Part shown: positions 1 to 11,405 of the stretch, in pieces
How positions within the stretch are numbered: the stretch's first letter is position 1
Layout: each line of letters starts with the position of its first letter
Source of the DNA: Octopus sinensis
Lineage: Eukaryota
Assembly: GCF_006345805.1 (NCBI RefSeq)
Contig: NC_043005.1
Location: 77,066,001-77,130,000, forward strand
Length of the DNA: 64,000 nt
Direction of reading: 5' to 3'
Notes under the pieces: model-generated
The model's input: only the letters and a program-made list of their open reading frames with translations
What the model was told of the DNA's origin: nothing
Database searches by the model: none
Made by a program: the position numbers and the translations under genes

Positions 1-16
1 AAGGTAATAAAATTTT

Positions 17-129
17 TTTACAATGATAAGAAGATAAAAATTAGTTTACATAACTATATCCAAATCAAGTAATATATTACTTGATTTTAATATATTTATT
101 TAAACTAATTTTTATCTTCGTATTGTAAA
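17..129. repeat. AT-rich imperfect palindrome (foldback), about 113 bp
   Basis: gaagataaaaattagttta (30-48) is the reverse complement of 101-119. aaatcaagtaat (62-73) pairs with attacttgattt (76-87). tttacaat pairs with attgtaaa at the outer ends. Confidence 0.8.
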
Positions 130-370
130 CACTTTTATTACTTGATCTGAATATAAACTATTTTTTGACTAATCTCAGAGGATACGCGAAGTCTCAGATA
201 TTTTCATAACATTATCAAAGACTCTATCACTTGATTTGAACACATTTATGTAAAATAATTTTTGACACCACAGAGGACAAACAAAGCCTCATACTTTACT
301 TTTGAAAATCTTGCTAAATACGTGAAACAGGTTAAGTTAATAAAAGTCTCCGGCATTATCAGTTTCTATT

Positions 371-407
<37 letters not shown>

Positions 408-554
408 AGTAGATGAATGAATTATCCTAGTATTGATAATTCTGTTAATCGATACCTGGGTAGCAAATTCACTTCAGTAAAACACGGTTGAAGTTACATG
501 CCAAGGGCTGAACCCCGTGTTCGTGTGTGGAAATTTGTGTGTTTTTTTATATGA

Positions 555-671
555 ATAAATGAAAAGAATGGAGTCGAACGAAGATTTTATCAAAATTCCT
601 TTACTTTTGATAAATTCTTTTGATAAAATTCCTTTAATTTTGATAAAATCTTCGTTCACTCCATTCTTTTC

Positions 672-677
<6 letters not shown>
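555..677. mobile_element. Small foldback/MITE-like element with about 40-bp terminal inverted repeats
   Basis: taaatgaaaagaatggagt(c)gaacgaagattttatcaaaa versus ttttgataaaatcttcgttcactccattcttttcattta. The centre contains short direct repeats (ttcctttacttttgataaa-like). Confidence 0.6.
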
Positions 678-747
<70 letters not shown>

Positions 748-1105
748 GGATAAGCTTCCGGTACCGCGCAATAGGAGTGAACGTGAAACCATGTGGTTGC
801 AAAGTGAATTTCTTAACCACACATCTATACCTTAACTTGTGAGTTCTTTCAATTTTTAAGACACTGGTGTGGAGTATTTGATGCAAGAAGGATTTGGCCG
901 CTATTTCTAGGTGGGCAAAAGACTACGTAGAGGCGTTCTTAATTGGCTTTTATAGGTTGTTACAAGCAGGATACATATCTTTATTTTGCCCACTTTCTTT
1001 ATGAAATATGTATAACTGTTCAGTTCCTCAGAATCTGTATTGCTCTCTCTCTCTCCCTCTTTCTCTCTCTCTCTCTCCCTCTTTCTCCCTCTCTCTCTCT
1101 CTTTA

Positions 1106-1139
<34 letters not shown>

Positions 1140-2099
1140 ATTAAATAATATTTCTTCCTGCTAATGAATATCATTTCTTCTCGTCACGTTTGCTCCGGTC
1201 CTATTATTAATTTATCAATATATTACCAACGCAGTGTGTAGAGGATACCCATAAATATACATAGGAAACACATCTCCATATATTTAGTCCCACTGTAAAA
1301 TTAGATCCTGGAGGTTAGATAACAGTACATATTTATTATTAATTACTCTCTGATGGAGTTTCTTTTTATCGGACTTTCAAGACAAATTGGCTGTTCATTA
1401 ACCTGAGGTCGAATCAATATTTGGCTTGGTGGTGTAATCTAATATATCACAATCTCTGCTGTTCCTTCTTCAAACAATGAAGAATTTTAGAATGTATCAT
1501 TGCAGAATATCAGGTGTTTCTAATAAAATATGTATGATTCTGCTCACAGGAACAAAACAGGAATTTTCTTTACCAATTCCTGATGATAATTTTAGAATCA
1601 GTGAACATTTATATTGTACTTTAAGTATTTCAAAAATATGTATCATTAATTATCTGCAACGCAATTATTATCATTACGATCATTTCATATACACACAACA
1701 GATTAGATTTTTGGAAAATAAAAAAATCTTAACATCGAGTAACCTTAGATACCAAGAGCCCTAAGTATCCTAGCTCTCCCCAATAACGCTGTTTTCTGGA
1801 GCTGCACTAAACTGGGTTTTATGCCAATTTCCTCTATTTATCATCTCAAACCTGTAGGGATAGTCCCTAATACACCTATAACTACTGGGATATATTTTAC
1901 CCGAAAATTTCATAGTCTCTGTAACTCAATGGTTAGGTCCTGGTACTTTGATATTGTCTCTATATCTCTCATATTGACTTATTATTATTATTATTATTGT
2001 TGTTGTTGTTGTTATTGCCTTTGCACAGCTTCAAACTCTAGAGATGTACTACAGTGTCAGCTGTTCACTACCAGTGAACAAAGGTAACACCTCTTATTT

Positions 2100-2470
2100 T
2101 TCGAGCACATTCCAGAGTATTCGAGTGGTTCCAATATTGTCGTTTGGGACAGAGGGGCAAAGGTATGTGCCATCATAGTGGTCAGCTGCCCTGCAGATAT
2201 AAATATCTTTTTGAAAATCAAAGAAAAAGAGGATATCTATGGACATCTGCTTCGAAACCTCCAGCTTCTATATCTGGACTATGAATTCATATTCATAACA
2301 ATAATAATTGGAGCACTTGGTTTTGTTAGTAAATGCTTAAAGGATAATCTGGATGAGCTGTGATTTTCAGAAAGAGACATCGACCAGCCGATTCATACAT
2401 TACAAGTGCAATCTGTGAGTGGAACAGTAAAAATATACAAGACATTTTCTCAGGTTCCAAATATGAATTT
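2100..2470 (+). mobile_element. Old 3' fragment of an RLE-type (R4/Dong/NeSL-like) non-LTR retrotransposon
   Basis: Translates to VVWDR..KVCAIIVVSCPADINI..KIKEKEDIYGHLLRNLQLLY..IIIGALG, matching the restriction-like endonuclease end seen at 26380-26973 and 43540-44400. Contains stops. Confidence 0.7.
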
Positions 2471-2980
2471 GTCTGTGTTAACAACATCCCAAAGATGGAG
2501 CCTTGTTGGAAACATGAACATACTCATACATATTGTCTACTGTACGCATCTACATAAATATGGGTATATGTTTGTGTATAGATCTAGTTTGCGTATGCGC
2601 ATGCGTGCTTTTGTATATGCATTAATATATATTTGAAACTAATTACAATTATGTAAAAAAGTGCTAATACACAAACTCATAAAAACATATATATGACTAT
2701 GTATGAATATCTATATATCTATATATAGGAAATTCAGCATGACACAGAATGTGACGAGGTTGGGCCTTTCATTTACGTGTACAGCTCATTTTTGCCAGAT
2801 GAATGGACTGGAGTAATGTGAAATAAAGTGTCTTCTCCAAGAACAAAAAGTTCCGCCGGGTATTGAACTCACACCCATACGATCGTGATCCAAAAACCAT
2901 AATCACAAGTCACGCACCATCATTATGTATGTGTGTGTATGCGTATAGGTGTATGATTGTATGCATGTATGTATTCATGT

Positions 2981-3011
<31 letters not shown>

Positions 3012-3015
<4 letters not shown>

Positions 3016-3314
3016 TGTTCTTTTTCAAGCCATGCCTGGCTCGTAAGGGCCGGTTTCCCGGTTTCCTTGGCCTATAGGTTCTCCACCAGGATGGGACGTC
3101 GGTTCGTCGCAGGTGAGCTGCAAGATGCAGGAATAAAGAGTGACAGAAAGTTTTGGCGAAAGAATAAACAGAAGTTCGCCATTACCTTCTGCCGGAGCCG
3201 CGTGCAACTTAGGTGTCTTGCTCTTAAACACGCACATCGCCCGGTCTGAGATTCGAACCCACGATCCCTCGACCGCTAGTCCGCTATTCTAGCCACTAGG
3301 CCATGTACCTCCAC
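3012..3314 (-). mobile_element. tRNA-derived SINE with family-B head/body and family-D 3' tail
   Basis: Minus strand starts gtggaggtacatggcctagtggctag...gggttcgaatc (A/B boxes). Body resembles 30944-31140; tail gaaaccgggaaaccggccc resembles 39061-39130. Confidence 0.8.
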
Positions 3315-3371
3315 ACACACACACACAACACACACACACACACACACCACACACACACACACGCATATATA

Positions 3372-3415
<44 letters not shown>

Positions 3416-3809
3416 TATATATATTATATATATACACTTATTCAAATGTAAGTGTGTATGAATATACAGTAATCTGACTGCGTATATATTTTGCACAAAA
3501 ATTCTAAGAAGTTAGCAAGACACAGGAGAAACCATATAGTTCTTTGACAAAAACTGATTGGCTTATTTGCACTGCACTGTAGCATGGTAAACGATATTCT
3601 GGCAATTTCAGTGAGGACTTTCAGAATATTGATTTTCGGCTTCGCTTTCTATATACTGTTAAATATCATTCATTTATGAAATTGCTGCCGAATGACTATT
3701 TCCTATATATTCAGACTTGTGTTTTATATTTATACTTCCTAGTCGTTGATCGTTGGCTATCAATAAACATATTAAATGCAAATTCCATATTTGTCTAATA
3801 GCGGTTTAA

Positions 3810-3868
<59 letters not shown>

Positions 3869-4065
3869 TACTATCTTTTACATGCTCTTCTCATTTGACT
3901 GTGGCCATGCTGGAGCATCTCCTTTAGTCTGACTCCCTTGTTTGCACAAGTGCAAACAAGGGAGTCAGAGAAAGGCAGAATGCTACTTATATCTGAACAC
4001 TACTATAGAAATATTCTTTTAAAAAAACTTTTCTTCTAATTTTTCTAAATTTAATTATTTAATCG

Positions 4066-4109
4066 TTACAGTTGAAAAGGTCTCAAAATGACCGAAACCG
4101 GTACTGAAA
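4066..4109 (+). ncRNA. Degenerate minimal hammerhead ribozyme in a Penelope-type terminal-repeat remnant
   Basis: ttacag-TTGAAAA-GGTC(tcaaaat)GACC-GAAAC-CG-GTA-ctgaaa. Stems I and II and palindromic stem III (ACCGGT) are present, with two core mismatches versus CUGANGA. Confidence 0.55.
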
Positions 4110-4213
4110 GATTCACTATAAAATTATCTTAGCATTTTCTATTTTTGACTTGTTTTTTCATATATATCAACTCGTGTGTTCCTTTCCACCCTTATACATA
4201 TATATATATATAG

Positions 4214-4277
<64 letters not shown>

Positions 4278-4499
4278 GTATATATATACATTTACATATA
4301 TATATATGTATATATATATATACATATATATATACATGTATGTATATATATATGTGTGTGTGAGAGAGAGAGGGGGGCGCGAGAGGGAGAAAGTAATCGG
4401 TTTGTTGAAATAACAATCAACATTACCTTCATATTTGAACCACTTTGGTATGAATTATCGCAGTGACCAGGATGTAGTCTGTGGTCAGTAAGCTTCACA

Positions 4500-5040
4500 A
4501 CCATAACCGTTCATTCACGTTCGCTTGCTCATTTTTAGTCTTTTCTAAAAATTTTCATGATTTTCGTGAGCATTTGAATGATAAAATAACCCCTGAGTGA
4601 CCGTCACTCGATTAACATTTTTCCATCTGTCAGCTGACGCGACAAAACCTTTCGTGGCGTCATAAAATATCTTCAGATTTTCTTTTAAAACCGTAGACAC
4701 GAACTTTATCTATTTCTCTTGAGACTTCCCATACTGTCCGGAATCCCATGGATCACAATATGCACTTAACGAAATGGGGTTACCGTCCAAAGTTATGGAA
4801 GGTTCATCCAGATTTAGAATCGTGTTCTGTCGATGTTTTTCCCTTTTTGAAGCCTTTGTACTTCTCACGAAATTTATTGCGTATGGTTAGAAAATTCCTC
4901 CACATAGGATTCTTGCAGTATAAAAAAAGTATCTATTAAAATTGGGTTTTTTTCCTAAACTGAAACAAAATTTTACACAAACACATTATTTTTACCAACT
5001 CATTTGATGTTTATTTTGCAACAAATAATCGATTTCATTA
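4500..5040 (-). mobile_element. Degenerate mariner-like transposase fragment (N-terminal HTH region)
   Basis: Minus-strand translation resembles the mariner HTH/SGRP/WVP region, with multiple stops and frameshifts. Confidence 0.45.
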
Positions 5041-5877
5041 AATATACGTTAGCTCTATAACGTATAGATCAATGACAAACGGACATAATATGATGTGGTT
5101 ATTATTAGACTGGTGTCAAGATACCCAGTCAAATCACTGAACTGGCAGTAAGTTAAGCCTGATGGTTAATTTTCTGTTTTAAAGTATTCAGTTTCTTTTC
5201 GTGCACACCTCGTATTTACAACGAATTAATCTAATAAATATCTCTCTAGATGTTGCCATTATATGGAAGACAGAAACATGACAAAACACGAAAGTTAGCT
5301 GGCCACATATCTAATTATATGCCAATTAAACAGTTCAGGTCTTCTCATCTTCTCACATCGAACATGTTGTGGTATTATGATTAATAACAGTCTTATTGGA
5401 AACACTTCAAACATAAACAATGGCAAATTAGAATTCGTCATTGTTTAAAGACGGAAGGAAACAGTGGGTATTTGTGTGTACCTGACTACACTAGCAAGCT
5501 AAATGTTGGTTTAAATAAGGGTTAATGTGTAGCCGAAAATTGTTCAGTTGGTCCAAAAAATACAAACAAATATAAAACAATAAACACAGTAATATAAAAA
5601 CCGGTGCATCAGTACAGTTCAAGACTTGAGATTATATTTTCAAGTTATATCAAAATATTAGCTGCCATTTGCAAGGGGCCAGAGACAGCCTTTATTAGAT
5701 AGAGATAATAATTTCCATTAATTGGTCATACACATTTTGAGCCCGCTATATTTCATTAATTCATAAAAGCTTTTGAACTGGTTTGAGCACAATAGTACTA
5801 TTATTCAGGAAACGGTTTGAACTACGCACAAAGTATATGGATATTAAATCGTAAAGTGGACGTTCTTTCTCTCTCAG

Positions 5878-5972
5878 ATTCAACATTTCAAATCTGCAAG
5901 TGCAGCATAGACAGCGTTTATAGAACGAAGAACGCTCTTCTACCGGAAGAAGAACACCCTCGAGCTCCTTAA
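5878..5972 (+). CDS. Possible short terminal exon of an unidentified host gene
   Basis: Strong polypyrimidine acceptor gttctttctctctcag, then open frame (D)STFQICKCSIDSVYRTKNALLPEEEHPRAP*, in a repeat-free tract. No homology recognised. Confidence 0.15.
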
Positions 5973-6769
5973 ATTTTTAAACAATCACATTCGTTGATTC
6001 TAATGCAACATTGAAATTACTTAATGGAATATTTGTGCGTTGCCTAGGCACCAATAAGTAGAGCCTCTTTCTTACCACGTAATACTCACCAGCAAATGTT
6101 CAAATTGTATGTTAACAAACTTAGTTTCACTGATCAACGATGTATAGGAAGAGCTATGAGACTAGCAGCAAGTGAACTGCAGTTTAACTTCAGGATAGAT
6201 AAAAAATAATTGTCAAAACTTTTTAGGATAATCTTATAAGTTTATTAAGTAGTTAAACTCAATGTGCTGTTGAATTTTTTTTTTTTTTTTTTGTGCATGT
6301 ACTAATTTTCCTCAATTACTTGGACGGCAATTCTGTAATTATACTTCGAGCGTCACTAAACGTACCTCAGAATGTACAGTGACATCTACGCATCGCTGAA
6401 GAGGTCTGATAATATAGAAGTATGTCCGGATATTGTCTTCCGTATTTGACGAAATGGTTTACGGGGTATTTGACATTGAGCTGTCTTTCCTCAACATAGA
6501 CTTTTTTCTTTTTCGATTTCCAATGATTTTCATGAAAAGTACTTAACCTTCGATTTTCCTGCAGATGAGGTCTATGAGTAATTAACCTGTTTTTGCTTTT
6601 ATAAACGTACTGTTTGATTCAAACGTATTGTCTGTGTTATGTGTAATGAACTTGAAATGATCAACTACAAATGAACTCTAAATGAACATCTATGACGAAC
6701 ATTCTTGCAAATCAGGATAACGTTACAACAAAGAGCATAACAGAACCTCACGGTTACTATGATTAGCTT

Positions 6770-7258
6770 TGTTCCTTCCTTTCTTCTTTCATTCTTCCTT
6801 CATTTCTTCCTTTCTTTCTTACCTTCCTCCTTTCTTACTTTTCTTCTCTCTTTCTTACCTCCTTTCTTTCTTTCTTTCATTCTTTCTTTCTTCTTTCCTA
6901 CCTTTCTTTCCCTCTTTCATTTTTCGTTTTTTTTTCTCCTATTCTTCTTTTCTCCCTTTCATCATTTTTCTTCCTTTCCGTCTTTCTTTCTTTCTTTCTG
7001 TCATTCTTCCTTTCTATCTATCTTTCGTTTTTCTTTCTTTCATTCTTCATTCCTTCTTCCTTCCTTTCTTCCATTCTTTGTTTTATCTGTTTTCCTTTCT
7101 CCAAAAACCAAAGAAAATGCAGATTCAGGTAACCAAAATTCCAAAAGGTGCCTTGATTTAAATGAAAGAACCATGCCATATTGTTTTTAATCGCTTCAAT
7201 AAACCCCCTCCAAAAAAAAACATACATACAGGCAAGCATCAATCTATCTCCCTCCTCT

Positions 7259-7297
<39 letters not shown>

Positions 7298-7390
7298 TCC
7301 ATCCATCCATCTATCCCTCCATCCATCCAGCCAGCCAGCCAGCCAATCAGTCAGCCAGCCATGCAGCCATCCAGCCATCCATACATGCAT
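6770..7390. repeat. Degenerate (CTTT/CTTC)n, (CT)n and (CCAT/CCAG)n simple repeats
   Basis: Directly visible low-complexity tracts; they produce the spurious F/S/L-rich ORFs. Confidence 0.9.
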
Positions 7391-7399
7391 ACGTAACAT

Positions 7400-7740
7400 G
7401 CCAGATATTGTTGCTTGGGACATACAAGAAAAAGTATGTCCCGTCGTTGAGACCCACTGTTCTTCTGATATGAATATCTCTTTGAAAATATAAGATAAAG
7501 AAGAAAACTATGGTCAACTCTTTCGAAGCCCCCAGCTTCTATATCTTGATTATTAATTCACATTTGTACTAATAAAAAATGGCGCACATGGTTTTGCGAA
7601 TAAACTCCCACGTGACAATCTGGATAAGCTAGGGTTTTCAGAAAGTGAAGTCAAACAATTATCTCGCACACTGCATATACAATCTGTACGTGGAACAGTA
7701 AAAGCATGCAAAACTTTTCTCAACTTTAAAATGCGATATT
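7400..7740 (+). mobile_element. Second old RLE-type LINE 3' fragment
   Basis: Collinear similarity to 2130-2470 (gatatgaatatc...aagataaaagaagaaaactatggtcaactc...caatctgtacgtggaacagtaaaa). Confidence 0.65.
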
Positions 7741-9080
7741 GTTTTTATCAACGCTCCAAAACTGGAGCTTGTTCTATTGTTATAAAGCTAGTTCCTTCCT
7801 CAGAGGAATAATTTAAGTCCTTAAAACAGAAGAGAACGTGCATAATTAGAAACATGCATACATGCATATATACACATACATACACACATACTGACAGACA
7901 GAAAAACAGAAAGTTACACAAAGTACAGGATATTAACAATACTAGCCTTGAAGTCGCCCTTCAGGCGGCATTCGGGCCAGATCGGGCGGAGGGCACGTTT
8001 AAGGCATTTGGCTCCATTATCCGGCTGCTTTGCGGCCCTCTACCTTATTTCTGCAAATGTGCGAAACACTGACGCTGATCATAATTTAATCAATAAGCAT
8101 AGGAGTGAAGAAATGCAGTGAAAATAGATAGGGGCAGTGGGGCCCCATTTAAGAGGCTCTTCAGAAATCCAATCTTCTTAAGATGCTGCCTAGGAGCTCA
8201 TAGTATGTAATTCATTGTCATTACTCCGATTTGGTCGCCAATGCCATGTATTTAGTTTAAAATGCAGGAAAAATAGGGGTTCAGTGGGGCCCCAATTAGA
8301 CAGCCCTTAAAAAATAGCCCCCCTTATGACATTCCCTGGGATTAGGGGAGTTGCTTGTTTGAGTGTGTGTACGTGTATGTGTGTGTGCTTGTGTACGTTT
8401 GTGTGCGTATGTACATGTATGCATGTGTATATAGGTATACACATGCATACCTGTGTGTGTGTTTGCATGTATGTGTGCGTTGTGTGCGTATGTACATGTA
8501 TACATGTTTATATAGGTATACACCTGCATACCTGTGTCTGTCCTTACGTTCTGAGTTCAAATTCTGCCAAGGTCGGTTTTGCCTTTCATTCTTTCGTGAT
8601 CGATAAATTAAGTACCAGTTGAGCACTACGGTCTATGTAATCGACTTGTCCCTCCTCTAAAATTGCTGTACCAAACTTTGAAAGCAATATTGTATTATTA
8701 GTTACAATTACTGTACCTAGCAGACTTATGGTCATCCGGTTTCCTAGCCTGCGACACTCGGTCTCCCGTCTGTCATATCCAACCGCATTAGATGCAGGAC
8801 CATTTTTGATACATTTATAAATTGAAAAAAGGCATGTCCTATACGCCGGCAAATACGGTAGTTATCTAATTACTGACAAGAAACCTGCATCTGATAGGAA
8901 TAATATCGAAATGCTTCATCCTGATATGTATTACATATAAGGCTTTATCCTGATATGCATTACATAATACATTCATAAGCAGATGCCATGAGTTGGTATA
9001 ATTGAACGCAATAAAAGAGAGCATTACATAACTGACGAGTGTGCAGGATAACTTTATTAACTGTATTTATTAAATGCATA

Positions 9081-9283
9081 CCGTATTTGATGGCCTTTGG
9101 CACATAGACTTATAAGTTGTATCCTAACCTCATCGGCGCATAAGCATGAAAAATAAATCTTAGTACATTAAAACATCTAAGAGAGGCCCAACATCGCATA
9201 TAAGACCCAGTGTGGCTGTTTTGTGGCATTTCTTTTTGGAAAACCAATGCGTTTTCTATAGTTTTATATGCCATCAAGTATAG
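9081..9283. mobile_element. pogo/Tigger-like MITE
   Basis: TA-CCGTATTTGATGGC ... GCCATCAAGTATAG-TA imperfect TIRs with TA flanks. A related TIR (tatacgccggcaaatacggta) ends at 8860. Confidence 0.55.
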
Positions 9284-9884
9284 TAATCAAAACTGTAAAA
9301 TTACAATGTTATGCTTAATATTATATAATTATGTTTATATAATTATGATAGCATAATTACATAGGCTAGGTTACACAGTATAATTTACAAGTGTACGAGC
9401 GTAAAATTGACGAAAATATAGCGTTCTTCATTCGATTAAAGAACTGAGTTCAAATCGATATATCGACCATCAAAGGATTGAAGTCAATTGAGTATTGTTT
9501 GAACAAGGATTTATCTCAGCCAAGTGGACTTGCCCTAAATAAACCATTGGAGATTAAGCCATCAAATCGCTGTCTATATAACCCGACTTGATACGAGATG
9601 AGACCACATGCAATAACTTTGATCCTGCTGTATTTGTTTTTGTTGGGAAAGTTAAGAAAATAAGAAAGAAGCTTAATGGATAATATTCTTATCTAATTAA
9701 GAAATAAGTTTTGATGATGTTACATGATGGGAGTTGATTAATTGAAATCAAAATATTCGTTCACGATAATCATTTTAGGCTCAAAGATTAAACGTTCTGG
9801 TTTTTGAAGAATGCCTTACTAATCCTTAGAGAAGCTGCAACTTGTAATCATGAAAGGAAATTTAAGAACCCGGAAATCAGGTTA

Positions 9885-9889
9885 TGCAA

Positions 9890-9930
<41 letters not shown>

Positions 9931-10110
9931 AGCGCACGTGTGTGTTTGTGTGCGTATGTATGCATGTGTATAAAGGTATACATATACAAGTGGGTTGATA
10001 TATATGTTTATGTACACACGCACAATCACACACACTCACTTACACACGGACTTACATGTAAATATGTATACATGTGTAGCTATACTCACACACGCATGCA
10101 TACATATATG

Positions 10111-10202
<92 letters not shown>

Positions 10203-10319
10203 CATACATATATATACACAAACATAAACACACACATTAGTTAATTCTGCGAATACATATGTATATGCGCTAACACACTCTCACACGCATAAACATACAT
10301 GCATGGATACAACTCTACG

Positions 10320-10383
<64 letters not shown>

Positions 10384-11400
10384 ATGTGTGTGTTTGTGTG
10401 TGTGTGTATAGTTATATACATATATATATGCATATATCTATCTATCTAGTTATCTATTTATCTATCTATCTGCATATATATATACATGTATATATGTGTA
10501 TGTATGTATGTATGTATATATGTATGTACGTATATTTATATGTATGCATGTATGTGTATGTATGTATGTATGCATGTATGTATGTATGTATGTATGATGT
10601 ATGTATGTATGTATGTATGTATGTATGTATACATGTATGTATGTATGTATGTATAACAGCATTCATGTGTGCTTCGTTGAGGCTATGAAAACATTCTAAC
10701 GCTCTCCGATATTAACCAGCCAGAATACTTGGATTATGTCCAAACCAATAGACTCAGATCCTAGTTTACCGTTCCATCCGTGCCAACACAACCATTGGGA
10801 ACTGAATGGAAATTTAAATAAAAAATGAATAATAATGTTCATTAACGTCAGTTAATTTATATTATTTCTGTCTAACGCACCATGCGTCTCCTCATACGTG
10901 TATGTATGTATGCTTGTATATATGTATGTATGTATGTTTATATATATGTATGTGTGTATGTATGTATGCATGTATGTATGTATATATTTATGTATGTATG
11001 TATGCATGTATGTATGTATGCATGTATGTATGTGTGTATGTATGTATGCATGTATGTATGTATGTATGTATGTATGTATGCATGCATATATGTATGTATG
11101 TATGTTTATATATATGTATGTGTGTATGTATGTATGCATGTATGTATGTATATATTTATGTATGTATGTATGCATGTATGTATGTATGCATGTATGTATG
11201 TGTGTATGTATGTATGCATGTATGTGTGTATGTATGTATGTATGTATGTATGTATGTGTGTATGTATGTATGCATGTATATGTATGTGTGTGTGTATGTA
11301 TGTATGCATGCATGCGCGTATGTATGTATGCATGTATGTACGTTGTATGTATGTCTGTATGTATGCAAGTATGAATGAAAGTGTGTATTCATACATATGT
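9885..11400. repeat. Compound (GT)n/(AT)n/(ATGT)n microsatellite region
   Basis: Directly visible. The 10900-11260 tract contains a higher-order duplication of about 180 bp. Confidence 0.95.
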
Positions 11401-11405
11401 ATGTA

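Noticed and set aside
6395-6480. CTGAAGA...GAAAT, possible hammerhead
   Set aside because: No consistent stem I or stem III pairing, and the stem II insert is long.
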